64,000 nucleotides of DNA from an uncultured Gaiellaceae bacterium (GTDB lineage: Bacteria; Actinomycetota; Thermoleophilia; Gaiellales; Gaiellaceae): NCBI GenBank assembly GCA_963776555.1, contig CAVZNK010000011.1:9920-73919 (forward strand), in the 5' to 3' direction. Made by a program: the position numbers and the translations under genes. Shown here piece after piece: positions 27,548 through 36,996 of the stretch (within the stretch, counting starts at the first letter, position 1; every line of letters begins with the position of its first letter). The notes below the pieces were generated by a model. It did no database searches. It was not told where the DNA came from and worked only from the letters and a program-made list of their open reading frames with translations.

Positions 27548-28183
27548 TTACACGCCGGCAGGAACGCCGGCGAGCGCTTCCGTCACCGCCGCACAGGTGG
27601 TCACGGTCGACACGTTCTGCAACGCGTAGTTGATCGACGCGTTGTGCCAGTCGGCGTTCATCGTCGAGCACCCGTCCTCGGGCACGACCATGAAGAAGCC
27701 CTTGTCGGCGCCGGTGCGGGACGTGTGCTCGACGGACATGTTCGTCCAGGCGCCCGTCACGATGATCGTGTCGCGGCCGAGCCCCGCGAGCAGGGTCTCG
27801 AACCTCGTGCCCTGCCAGGCGCTCATCCGCATCTTCTCGACGACGAGGTCGCCGTCCTGCGGCTCGAGCCCCTCGGCGGGAGCGGCGCCCCAGGTGCCCC
27901 GCACGAGCGCGCCGGTGTCTTTCACGCCCTGGAAGAGCGGCGCGTTCATCTTCGAGCCGGTCCCGCCCTTCTCGACGATGTTCCACACGTGGATCACCGG
28001 GACGCCCTTGCTCCGGCAGGTCGCCGCGAGGGCCTTCACGTTCTCGACGACGTTCTGCTCCTTCGCGTGCTCGGGCGAGCCGGTCTCGGCAAACGCGCCG
28101 CCGTCGATGATCACGTCGTTCTGCAGATCCATGATGATCAGCACACAGCGAGTCGCATCCAGGGTCAACCCTTCGTCGTTCAT
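27548..28183 (-). CDS. Isochorismatase-like hydrolase family protein
   Basis: CVLIIMDLQNDV (Asp), VVEKMRMSAW (Lys), IIVTGAWTNMSVEHTSR. The position where the family nucleophile Cys usually sits appears to be Ser. Confidence 0.8.
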   Translation of the reverse strand: MNDEGLTLDATRCVLIIMDLQNDVIIDGGAFAETGSPEHAKEQNVVENVKALAATCRSKGVPVIHVWNIVEKGGTGSKMNAPLFQGVKDTGALVRGTWGAAPAEGLEPQDGDLVVEKMRMSAWQGTRFETLLAGLGRDTIIVTGAWTNMSVEHTSRTGADKGFFMVVPEDGCSTMNADWHNASINYALQNVSTVTTCAAVTEALAGVPAGV

Positions 28184-29133
28184 CTATCGCCTCCTAACGC
28201 ATGTACGGCTCGCGCCGCGGTCCGACGATGGTCTTGAATCGCGTAGAGCGAAGTGGAGCTCGGGATGTAGAGCGTGTGCCAGTCCTCGCCGCCCCACGTG
28301 AGGTTCCCGGTGTTCTCGGGGACGAGGATCGTCCCGAGGTGCTCGCCCTCGGCGGAGATCACCCAGATCCCGCCGGGACCGGTCACCCAGATGTTCCCGC
28401 GCTCGTCGCACTTCATCCCGTCCGGGATGCCCTCCTCGATCACGCCGGAGCCGACGCCCTCGAAGAACATGCGCCCGTTGGAGATGTTCCCGTCGGCGTC
28501 CGCGTCCCAGACCTTGATGTGCGCGCGCGGCGTGTCGTTGATGTAGAGCAGCGACTCGTCGGGCGAGAAGCACAGGCCGTTCGGCATGTCGAACTCGTCC
28601 GTGTCGACGATCAGCTCGAGCTCGTCCTGGCCGCCGCCCGGCGGGATCCGGAAGACGCCCTGCCATCCGAGCTCGCGCTCGCGCTCGATACCGAACCCGG
28701 GGAAGCGCCCGTACCAGGGATCCGAGAAGTAGATCGCCCCGGACGAGTGGACACAGACGTCGTTCGGGCTGTTCAGATACTTGCCCTCCCAGTGGTACGC
28801 CAGCGCCTCGCGGCTTCCATCGGAGCGTTCGCGCCACAACGCGCTCGTCACGTGCTCGCAGACGACGAGATTGAGGTCCGCGTCGTAGGTCATGCCGTTG
28901 CACTTGAAGGCCGGTCGCATGACCTCCACGACGGCGCCGTCGGGCGTGTACTTGCGCCGCACGTCGCCCGGCATGTCCGAGAAGAGGAGATGGTGCTCCG
29001 TGGGATGCCAGATCGGCCCCTCCGTGAACGTGAAGCCGGTCGCGACCCGCTCGACCTTCGACCCTTCCTCGAGTAGCTCGTAGATCGCGTTCGACTTCGC
29101 CTCGATCCCGAGGCCTGCTTCGGTGCTCGTCAC
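28180..29133 (-). CDS. SMP-30/gluconolactonase/LRE family lactonase-like protein
   Basis: FTEGPIWHP, NSPNDV, PNGLCFSPDE, PDGMKCDERGNIW. The GTG at 29133 is preceded by AAAGGGGG; the ORF is open to 29193. Confidence 0.85.
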   Translation of the reverse strand: MTSTEAGLGIEAKSNAIYELLEEGSKVERVATGFTFTEGPIWHPTEHHLLFSDMPGDVRRKYTPDGAVVEVMRPAFKCNGMTYDADLNLVVCEHVTSALWRERSDGSREALAYHWEGKYLNSPNDVCVHSSGAIYFSDPWYGRFPGFGIERERELGWQGVFRIPPGGGQDELELIVDTDEFDMPNGLCFSPDESLLYINDTPRAHIKVWDADADGNISNGRMFFEGVGSGVIEEGIPDGMKCDERGNIWVTGPGGIWVISAEGEHLGTILVPENTGNLTWGGEDWHTLYIPSSTSLYAIQDHRRTAARAVHALGGDR

Positions 29134-29189
29134 AGTGCCCCCTTTCGCCAGGGAATGACTCGCGGAATGTCGATGCGACTCTAATACGC

Positions 29190-29411
29190 TCACGCGGGAG
29201 CAGCAGCCTGGTGCCAGGCCGCGGCGAAGCGCTCGCGATAGAAGAGCCAGAGGATCCCGCCCACGACGAGCAGGACGAGCTCGTCGACCGGGCCGGGAAT
29301 CGGCAACAGTCCGAACGCACCCGCCCAGCGCAACGGCCGCGGAATTCGACCGTCCCGGACGAGGATCTTCGCGGCCCGAATCGTTCGGGCGATTCCCTGG
29401 CCCACCCTCAT
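29190..29411 (-). CDS. Small membrane protein (DUF1232-like by eye)
   Basis: The ATG overlaps the MOSC gene stop (ATGA). Sequence: MRVGQGIARTIRAAKILVRDGRIPRPLRWAGAFGLLPIPGPVDELVLLVVGGILWLF. Confidence 0.5.
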   Translation of the reverse strand: MRVGQGIARTIRAAKILVRDGRIPRPLRWAGAFGLLPIPGPVDELVLLVVGGILWLFYRERFAAAWHQAAAPA

Positions 29412-30193
29412 CCGACGGGCTCGGCGCGGTCGCCCACGGCGACGCGCCCCGGCTCCACGACCTCGCACCAGACGCCGAACGGCAGGGGCTCGGTCGTCTC
29501 GACCCCGGCTCGATAGTCGGCGATGACGTCGAGCGTCTCCAGGTCCGGAACGCCCGTCTCGGGGCCGAGCTTCGTCACGCGGCAGCGCCCGACGTTGCCG
29601 CGGGGGACGAGAACGGCCTCGCCGACGGCAACCGGGCGGCCCAGCCACCCGTCCTCCTCGTGCGCCGTGATGCCGTCCACGCCCAGATTCATGCGGAACC
29701 GTCGCCCGTCTACGGGATCATCGACGCCCGCAGCCCGCGCGAGCGCATCCAGCGCGGCGGTCGAGACGAGCGAGGCGGCCGCCTCGGCGCCGCGGTCGAG
29801 GCCCGACCCGGGCTCCTCGGCACGAACGAGCGTGAGTGGAAGGCCGGCGACGGCAGACAGTGCCTCGGCCCACGGGCCGCGGACGACCCGGCCCTGCACG
29901 GGGCGCCCGTAGAAGTTGGTCTCCACCGAGTCGCCCAGCTCGACCTCGCCGTCGACGACAGATCCGTCCGGAAGGCGAACGCGGAGGCGCCCGCCGTCCG
30001 TCTCCGCGCTCGCGCGCAGAAGCGCACCTGCGCGCTTGGCGTTCGTCAGCCGCCCCTCCGCGTCGACGAGGTAGAACGCGCGATCGCCCTCGATCCCCGT
30101 CCGTTCGAGCACCGCTTCCTCGCGCAGTGCAAGCCGGAGCCCCTTCACGGGCGAGGTCGCGATCCAGGCAACGCGCCCACCCGCGGCGTCCAC
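29408..30193 (-). CDS. MOSC domain protein (with N-terminal MOSC_N beta-barrel)
   Basis: SPVKGLR...GIEGDRAFYLVD N-terminal part. RFRMNLGVDG...GNVGRCRVT carries the conserved Cys of MOSC domains. Confidence 0.8.
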   Translation of the reverse strand: MDAAGGRVAWIATSPVKGLRLALREEAVLERTGIEGDRAFYLVDAEGRLTNAKRAGALLRASAETDGGRLRVRLPDGSVVDGEVELGDSVETNFYGRPVQGRVVRGPWAEALSAVAGLPLTLVRAEEPGSGLDRGAEAAASLVSTAALDALARAAGVDDPVDGRRFRMNLGVDGITAHEEDGWLGRPVAVGEAVLVPRGNVGRCRVTKLGPETGVPDLETLDVIADYRAGVETTEPLPFGVWCEVVEPGRVAVGDRAEPVG

Positions 30194-30195
30194 GC

Positions 30196-30945
30196 CTACT
30201 CGACCTCGACGTGGATGCGCTTCTTCGCGTTCTTCAGGAAGCCGCCCTCACGCTGCCCGCGCACCGCGAGGATCTCCCCGAGGATCGAGAGCGCGGTCTC
30301 CTCCTGCGTGTCGGCGCCGACGTCGAGGCCGCACGGCCCCATGATCCGGTCGAACGCATCCTCCGAGACGCCCGCCTCGAGCAAGCGCTCGCGGCGTCGC
30401 TCCTGGTTGCGCCGCGAGCCGAGCGCGCCGATGTAGAACGCCTCGGTCTCCAAAGCGCCGATGAGCGCAGGCTCGTCGAACTTGTCGTCGTGCGTGAGGA
30501 CGACGATCGCCGTCTGGTGGTCGGGCTGCACCTGAGCGAGCGCTTCCTGCGGCCACTCGACGATGAGCTCGTCGGCGGAGGGGATCCGCTCGCGCGTCGC
30601 GAACTTCGCGCGCGCATCGGCAACGATCGTGTGCCAGCCGAGGAGCTTCGCCCCGCGGCACAGCGCCTCGGCCGTGTCGACGGCGCCGTAGACGAAGAGG
30701 CGTGGCGGTGGGCCGTACCACTCGGCGAAGATCTTCGACCCGTCGTCGAGGGTGAGGAGCTTGTTGCGTCCGCGACGGATCAGCTCGTCGAACTGCGCGA
30801 CCGCCTCCTCGAGACCGGCACCGACCTGTTCGCCGGACTCGAGCACGAGCACCTTCGTCCCCGCCTCGTCGCCCTCGATGCCGGTGAAGAGGATCCCGCG
30901 CGCCTCGGACTCGCGGAGCTCCGCGAGTCGGTGGATGAGGCTCAC
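30196..30945 (-). CDS. XdhC/CoxI family molybdenum-cofactor insertion chaperone (Rossmann-like C-terminal domain type)
   Basis: PRLFVYGAVDTAEALCRGAKLLGWHTIVADAR...VLTHDDKFDEPAL...FYIGALGSRRN. Confidence 0.8.
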   Translation of the reverse strand: MSLIHRLAELRESEARGILFTGIEGDEAGTKVLVLESGEQVGAGLEEAVAQFDELIRRGRNKLLTLDDGSKIFAEWYGPPPRLFVYGAVDTAEALCRGAKLLGWHTIVADARAKFATRERIPSADELIVEWPQEALAQVQPDHQTAIVVLTHDDKFDEPALIGALETEAFYIGALGSRRNQERRRERLLEAGVSEDAFDRIMGPCGLDVGADTQEETALSILGEILAVRGQREGGFLKNAKKRIHVEVE

Positions 30946-31257
30946 CTACTCGACCCGCTCGAGGAAGACGTCGATCTCGCCGCCGCACGGCAGGCCGACG
31001 CTCCAGGCGACGTCGTCCTCGATCCCGTACGACAGCAGCTTCGGCTCGCCGGTCGCGAGCACCTCCCGGGCGTTCTCGAAGACGTCGCTCTCGACGCAGC
31101 CGCCCGAGACGGAGCCGCACATCTTCCCCGACTCGGAGATAGCGAGGCTCGCGCCGATCGGCCGCGGCGCGGAGCGCCGCGTGGCCACGACGGTGGCGAC
31201 GACGACCTTCTCGCCGTCCTCCTTCCAGCGGTCGATCTCGGGCAGGATCTCTTTCAC
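30946..31257 (-). CDS. XdhC_CoxI N-terminal-domain-only protein
   Basis: 103 aa: VVATVVATRRSAPRPIGASLAISESGKMCGSVSGGCVE...GLPCGGEIDVFLE. Confidence 0.8.
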   Translation of the reverse strand: MKEILPEIDRWKEDGEKVVVATVVATRRSAPRPIGASLAISESGKMCGSVSGGCVESDVFENAREVLATGEPKLLSYGIEDDVAWSVGLPCGGEIDVFLERVE

Positions 31258-32387
31258 GCTGCGTGCCTCCTTTCGATGCCGGCCAGCACTGCGCCGAGCT
31301 CTTCGAGACTCCGGAGATTATGGCCGGGGAGGAAACGGTCAACGAACGGGAGCGCGGCGCGCATTCCCCCGGCCAGCGGCTGGTACTCGGGATTGCCCTT
31401 CAGCGGGTTCACCCAGACGACCGCGTACGCCGCACGGGCGAGCTTCGCCATCTCGCGACCGACGAGATCGGGATCGTCGCGCTCCCAGCCGTCCGAGACG
31501 ATGACGACGACAGCGCCGCGGGAGAGCGCCCGCCGGCCGTAGATCGTGTTGAACTCGGCGAGCGAGCCGCCGATGCGCGTCCCACTCCCCCAGTCCACCG
31601 CGATCTCGTTCGCACGCGCGAGCGCGGCTTCCGGATCGCGGGTGGCGAGATCAGGCGTCAGCCGCGTGAGCCTCGTGCCGAAGGCGAATGCCTCGACGCC
31701 GTGTCCGGTGCCGACGATCGCGTGCAGGTAGAAGAGCAGCGCCCGCGCGTATGCGTCCATCGAGCCGGAGATGTCACAGAGGACGACGAGCTTGCGCGGC
31801 ACTGTCTTGCGCGCTTTCCACGATTGCTCGATCGGCTCTCCGCCCGAGCGAAGCGACTTCCGCAACAGGCGACGAAGGTCGAGCCGGTCGCCGCGCGTGT
31901 CGGGTGTGCGGCGCCGCGACTGCCGCCGCGGTCGCGTTCGCGCGATCGCCGCCATGAGCCGGCGCACGCGCTCGAACTCCTCGGGCGTCATCTCGGCGAA
32001 GTCCTTCTCGCGCAGGAGCTCGTGGCTCGACGCGCCGAGCTCGTGCGGCGTCGACGGCTCGTCCGCCTCGTCCCCGTCGGAGCCCTGCTCCAGCGTGTCC
32101 CGGGCGACGCTCTCTGCGAAGCGCCGCATCTGCTTCTGGCGGACGAGGGGAGCGACCGGCCCGCGCAGGAACCAGGCGACGAACGCACGGTCGAAGAGCT
32201 CGAGCTCGTCCTGGCGCGAGACGAGCGTCTGCCGAAGGGTGAAGTACACGTCGTCCTGCTTCGTGAGGTCGACCGCACCGAGCCCGCGAACCGCGTCCTC
32301 GACGCGGCCGGGGCCGACCTCGATCCCGACCTCGCGCAGGATCCGCCCGAAGGTCACGACGTGCCGGACGATCGCCGCTCCTTGCAC
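31254..32387 (-). CDS. vWA-domain protein of the CoxE family
   Basis: VVLCDISGSM (MIDAS DxSxS) near the C-terminal third. N-terminal part typical of CoxE-like proteins. It overlaps the next gene by 4 nt. Confidence 0.8.
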   Translation of the reverse strand: MQGAAIVRHVVTFGRILREVGIEVGPGRVEDAVRGLGAVDLTKQDDVYFTLRQTLVSRQDELELFDRAFVAWFLRGPVAPLVRQKQMRRFAESVARDTLEQGSDGDEADEPSTPHELGASSHELLREKDFAEMTPEEFERVRRLMAAIARTRPRRQSRRRTPDTRGDRLDLRRLLRKSLRSGGEPIEQSWKARKTVPRKLVVLCDISGSMDAYARALLFYLHAIVGTGHGVEAFAFGTRLTRLTPDLATRDPEAALARANEIAVDWGSGTRIGGSLAEFNTIYGRRALSRGAVVVIVSDGWERDDPDLVGREMAKLARAAYAVVWVNPLKGNPEYQPLAGGMRAALPFVDRFLPGHNLRSLEELGAVLAGIERRHAA

Positions 32388-32392
32388 AGGTC

Positions 32393-33295
32393 TTACCGGC
32401 CGGCCGTCGCGCGAGCCTCTTCGATCAGGCCGACGAGGGTCTCGTCGCGCACCGTCTCGATGTCCTCGCGGTACTTCAGGACCGAGCCGAGCGTCTGCTC
32501 CACGACCTCGGCGTCGATCTCCTCGCGGCCGAGCGCGGCAAGCGCCTGCGCCCAGTCGATCGTCTCGGCGACTCCCGGCGGCTTGGCGAGGTCGAGGCTA
32601 CGCAGCCCGCGCACGAAGGACGCCGCCTCCTTCGCCAACCGCTCCGAGATCGCGGGGACACGGAGCATCACGATCTCGACCTCGCGCTCGATCGCCGGAT
32701 GCCCGATCCAGTGGAAGAGCGCCCGGCGCTTCAATGCGTCGTGCAGCTCGCGCGTTCTGTTCGAGGTGAGGATGACCGCAGGTCGCCGGCGAGCCCGAAT
32801 CGTCCCCAGCTCCGGGATCGTGATCTGGAAGTCCGACAGGATCTCCAGCAGGAACGCCTCGAACTCCTCGTCGGCGCGGTCGATCTCGTCGATGAGCAGT
32901 ACGACGGGCCCATCGGAGTCGATCGCCTCGAGCAGCGGCCGGCGGATGAGGAACTCCGGGCCGAACAGCTCCTGCTCCGACACCGAGCCCTCCTGCGCAG
33001 CCCGGATGTGGAGCAGCTGACGCGGATAGTTCCACTCGTAGACCGCGTGCGAGACATCGAGGCCCTCGTAGCACTGCAGGCGGATCAGCCGGGCGTCGAG
33101 CGCGGTCGCGAGCGCCTTCGCCGCCTCCGTCTTGCCGACCCCCGCCTCACCCTCGAGGAGCACGGGCTTCTCGAGCGCGAGGCCGAGGAAGAGCGCCGTC
33201 GCGAGCCCACGGTCGGGCAGGTAGTCCGCTGCGCGAAGCGCCGCTTCCAGCTCGTCGATCGTGCGAAAGCTCACCGATTCAGCGTAGTGGAACAC
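32393..33295 (-). CDS. MoxR-class AAA+ ATPase (CoxD-like)
   Basis: Walker A LLEGEAGVGKTEAAKALA, Walker B VLLIDEIDRADEE, and ILTSNRTRELHDALKRR. The start is uncertain (GTG at 33295 or 33274; ORF open to 33373). Confidence 0.85.
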   Translation of the reverse strand: MFHYAESVSFRTIDELEAALRAADYLPDRGLATALFLGLALEKPVLLEGEAGVGKTEAAKALATALDARLIRLQCYEGLDVSHAVYEWNYPRQLLHIRAAQEGSVSEQELFGPEFLIRRPLLEAIDSDGPVVLLIDEIDRADEEFEAFLLEILSDFQITIPELGTIRARRRPAVILTSNRTRELHDALKRRALFHWIGHPAIEREVEIVMLRVPAISERLAKEAASFVRGLRSLDLAKPPGVAETIDWAQALAALGREEIDAEVVEQTLGSVLKYREDIETVRDETLVGLIEEARATAGR

Positions 33296-33350
33296 CCCAC
33301 ATCGCCGTGGTTGACGCCGGAACCCGCGTGTTGTACGAGTTCCGCGTCGT

Positions 33351-34247
33351 ATGTCCGAGGCGTACGAGATCAAAGTGCTCGATCTGATGGACGTAGATGT
33401 CCAGCGCGCCTTCCTCGTCCTCGCCCGCCAGCTCGGATCCGTCGTCCGCGCGAAGACATGGAGCTACCTGATCCTCGGCGGCGACGACCCGATCCTCGTG
33501 GACACGGGCGCCTCCGACCCCGAGATCATGGGCCGGCTCGGAATGACCGGGTACGTCGACGAGTGGCAGGGGCTCGACGCTCAGCTCGAGGAGCACGATC
33601 TACGTCGAGACGACGTCCGCTGGATCCTGCACACGCACCACCACATCGATCACGCGGGTCAGGACGACCGCTTCCCGAACGCGACCGTGATCACGAACCG
33701 GCGCGAGCTCGAGTTCTCCGCGTCCGGGATCATGGGCGCCCAGTACCCGCCCGAGTACGTCAAGCACCACATCGACCGCCTGCACACGCCGGGCGCGCTG
33801 CGACTGCTCGATCTCGAGCTCTCGGGGCCGGTGGAGGTGCTTCCCGGAATCGTGTGCGAGGCGGCGGGCGCACATACCGAAGGCTCGATGAACATCCTCG
33901 TGCCGACCGCCGGGGGTGTCGCCTGCCTCTGCGGCGACATCATCTACGACCTCCAGAACGCAGTCGTCGACCCCTACCACGTGGGGCTCGACCGCGAACC
34001 GCAGACGACGGGCAATCACGCGCTGACGAAGCGTCAGGAGAAGGCCGCGATCAAGAAGGCGCTGAACAGCGGCACGTTTCTCCTCACGGGTCACGACTAC
34101 CCGGCGCGCATCGAGCACGGCCGGGTGGTCGCGCGCCTCGTCGAGGGAAGCGTGCCCGGCCCCGAGATCCCGGTCGAGCACCGGTTCACGAGCGAGACGC
34201 ACGAGCCGGGGCATGGCGCCGACGAGTGGCTGCCTCCCTCGGACTGA
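33351..34247 (+). CDS. MBL-fold hydrolase (lactonase-like, intact HxHxDH)
   Basis: ILHTHHHIDHAGQ, later GAHTEGS and TGHD. Confidence 0.8.
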   Translation: MSEAYEIKVLDLMDVDVQRAFLVLARQLGSVVRAKTWSYLILGGDDPILVDTGASDPEIMGRLGMTGYVDEWQGLDAQLEEHDLRRDDVRWILHTHHHIDHAGQDDRFPNATVITNRRELEFSASGIMGAQYPPEYVKHHIDRLHTPGALRLLDLELSGPVEVLPGIVCEAAGAHTEGSMNILVPTAGGVACLCGDIIYDLQNAVVDPYHVGLDREPQTTGNHALTKRQEKAAIKKALNSGTFLLTGHDYPARIEHGRVVARLVEGSVPGPEIPVEHRFTSETHEPGHGADEWLPPSD

Positions 34248-34324
34248 TCGAGTCGGCACCGGTCCACGATGCGTCCTCGCCGGATTAGACTCGGCGCACT
34301 GATCTCGCGACCGAGAAGGGTGGG

Positions 34325-35116
34325 GTGATGGCAGGAGCGAGCATGGCGGCCGCCGCGACGGAAGTCCTCACGCCGACCTCCGAGGAGGAGGCGATCGCAG
34401 CGTTCGGCGACGGCACGGACGTCGTCGTCGTGGGCGGAGGGACGATCGTCGTACCGGACCTGACGTATCGAAGACTCGAGCCGAAGACGGCTCTCATGCT
34501 CGGAGGCGCAGGTCTCTCGGGCGTCGGCACGGACGGCTCACGCGTCACGATCGGCGCGACGACGCCGGTGCAGGAGCTGGTCGGCATGGCCGCCCCGCTC
34601 GGCCCGTGCGCCGCGAACGTCGCCGACCTCGAGATTCGCTCGCAGGCGACCGTCGGCGGCAACATCTGCGCGGGCGAGGGGTACGAGGCGCCTCGCGGGG
34701 ATCTCCAGGGCGCGTTCCTCGCGCTCGGCGCGACGGTTCGGTCGGCAGCCGACGGTGAGGTGACCGAGGAGCCACTGGAGGATTTCCTCCCGAAGCGGCA
34801 CGAGCGGCTCCTGCTCGGCGTCAGCTTCGACGAGCCCGCCGCCGGAGCGTATGCGGGCCTCGATCGACCGCACACGCACGACTACACCGCGCTGTCCGTC
34901 TCCGGCGCACGCGGAGCGAACGGAACCGTCCGACTCGCCGCCACCGGCGCCGGCTCGCACGGCCAGCGGCTCCCTTCCGCCGAGGGGGGCGACGCCGAGG
35001 CAGCGCTGAACGACGTCACGCCCCACGACGATGCTCTCGCGTCGGCGTGGTACCGCGCGAAGGTCCTCCCGGTGCTCGTGCGCCGCGTCCTCGACGAGCT
35101 GAAGGAGTCCGCATGA
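34325..35116 (+). CDS. Xanthine-dehydrogenase-family FAD-binding (medium, CoxM-like) subunit
   Basis: VVVGGGTIVVPDL and ADLEIRSQATVGGNIC blocks of FAD_binding_5/CO_deh_flav_C. Confidence 0.8.
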   Translation: MMAGASMAAAATEVLTPTSEEEAIAAFGDGTDVVVVGGGTIVVPDLTYRRLEPKTALMLGGAGLSGVGTDGSRVTIGATTPVQELVGMAAPLGPCAANVADLEIRSQATVGGNICAGEGYEAPRGDLQGAFLALGATVRSAADGEVTEEPLEDFLPKRHERLLLGVSFDEPAAGAYAGLDRPHTHDYTALSVSGARGANGTVRLAATGAGSHGQRLPSAEGGDAEAALNDVTPHDDALASAWYRAKVLPVLVRRVLDELKESA

Positions 35117-35628
35117 ACCTCTCGGTCAACGGCAGCCCGCACGTCTTCGAGGGATCGGCGCTGACGCCGCTGCTCGATGTCCTCCGCGACCAGCTCGGCG
35201 TCACCGGCCCGAAGGCGGGCTGCCACCAGGGCGGCTGCGGCGCCTGCACGGTGCTCGTCGACGGCGAGCCGCGCCGCTCGTGCCTGCTGCCCGTCGGGTA
35301 CGCGGATGGGACGGCGATCACGACGGCCGAGGGGCTCGGCTCTCCCGAGGATCTGTCCCCTGTCCAGCAGGCGTTCGTCCACTACTACGCCGCGCAGTGC
35401 GGCTTCTGCACGTCGGGGATGATGCTCGCCGCGCAGGCGTACCTGGATCGCGGCGGCTCGGAGGATCCCGAGGCGATCCAGCACGCGCTCGGCGGGCACG
35501 TCTGCCGCTGCACGGGGTACTCGAAGATCATCGACGCCGTGGCCGCGGCCGCGCGCGGCGACTCGTTCGACCTGACGACGACGGCCGTCGGGAAGCACAC
35601 GACGATGGCGAATGGAGGTGCGGCATGA
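35113..35628 (+). CDS. Xanthine-dehydrogenase-family [2Fe-2S] (small, CoxS-like) subunit
   Basis: GCHQGGCGACTV and CGFCTSGMM...CRCTGY cysteine clusters. ATGA overlap with the previous gene. Confidence 0.9.
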   Translation: MNLSVNGSPHVFEGSALTPLLDVLRDQLGVTGPKAGCHQGGCGACTVLVDGEPRRSCLLPVGYADGTAITTAEGLGSPEDLSPVQQAFVHYYAAQCGFCTSGMMLAAQAYLDRGGSEDPEAIQHALGGHVCRCTGYSKIIDAVAAAARGDSFDLTTTAVGKHTTMANGGAA

Positions 35629-36996
35629 AGGTCGTCGGCGCACGGATTCCGCGCTACGACGGCGTCGCGCACGTCACCGGCAGGACGACGTACGTCGACG
35701 ACGTGAGCGTCCCCGGGACGCTCTGGGCCAAGGCGCTCCGCTCCCCGCACCATCACGCGGGGATCACGAAGCTGGACACGACGAAGGCCGAGTCGATGCC
35801 GGGCGTCCATGCCGTCATCACCTGGAAGGACGTCCCGTTGCTCGAATACGGGCACCTCTCGGCGCTCGGGCATCCCCGCCGACGAGCCGCTGCTCGCGAA
35901 GGACGAGGTGCGCTACCTCGGCCAGCCGATCGCGCTCGTCGCCGCGGAGAGCGAGGCGCTCGCGTCGGCAGCGGTCGATGCGATCGAGATCGCGTTCGAA
36001 GAGCGGCCGGCGCTATTCGACGTCCGCCAGGCGTTCGACGCGGACGCACCGAAGATCCACCAGTGGGGCAACTGGTACCCGCACTTCGAGAACGAGATGG
36101 ATCGTCGCCAGATCCGCAAGGGCGACATCGACTGGGCCTTCGAGAACGCGGACACGATCGTCCAGGGCGTCTACCGCCCGGCGGCGATCGAGCATGCGCC
36201 GATCGAGACGCAGGTGTGCCAGGTCGTCCCGGAGCCGAACGGCCGCCTGACCATCTACTCCTGCACGCAGGCGCTCTACTTCTCGCTCGGCGTCGTCGCC
36301 GCGCACCTGCAGCAGCCGCTGAACCGCTTCAAGCTCGTCGGCGGCACGACGGGCGGCGGCTTCGGCGGCAAGGTCGACACCGCGACCGAGACGATGACGT
36401 GCCTCCTCGTCATGAAGGCGAACAAGCCGGTGAAGTGGCGCTGGACGCGCGAGGAGGAGTTCCTCTGCTCGTCGACGCGGGCGCCGTGGCACATGGAGCT
36501 CGCAACGGCGGTGACGAAGGACGGCTGGATCCTCGGCCAGAAGATGCTGACGCTGCACGACTCGGGCGCGTACTCGCGCTTCTCGCCGTACGGCCTGACG
36601 AAGCACAGCTTCCACCACACGGGCGCGTACTCGATCCCGAACCTCTACTTCGACGGGTACGTCGTGTACACGAACCGCGTGCCGACGACGGCGATGCGCG
36701 GCTTCGGCGTCACGTCCGTCTCGTTCGCGGTGGAGACGCACCTGAGCCGGATCGCGCACGAGCTCGGGCTCGACCCGATCGAGATCCGCCTGAAGAACGC
36801 CAACCGCATCGGCGACACCTCGCCGAACGGCGTCGCGTACACGGATCCCTCGACCGTCGACACGCTGAAGGCCATCGCCGACGCGATCGGCCACGAACTG
36901 CCGGCCGACTACCGCACGATGACGAACGAGCCCCGGGCCGGCGAACTGCTCCCCGAGCACCTCGCGGCCCAGGTCGGATCGACGGAGGGACACTGA
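35625..36996 (+). CDS. Molybdopterin-binding large subunit, N-terminal polypeptide (about 457 aa), with one apparent frameshift near 35871
   Basis: MKVVGARIPRYDGVAHVTGRTTYVDD (a/b hammerhead) lies in the frame of ORF 35280..38093. It continues as IPADEPLLAKDEVRYLGQPIALV...GGGFGGKVD...TAMRGFGV in ORF 35809..36996. A genuine stop is at 36994-36996. Confidence 0.8.

Noticed and set aside
31254-33295. MoxR AAA+ / vWA pair considered as a stand-alone novel system or as evidence for a CO dehydrogenase
   Set aside because: It sits in a typical CoxD/CoxE/XdhC maturation context next to an XDH-family enzyme. That enzyme lacks the CODH active-site loop (it reads TAMRGFG), so the pair is best explained as hydroxylase maturation factors.
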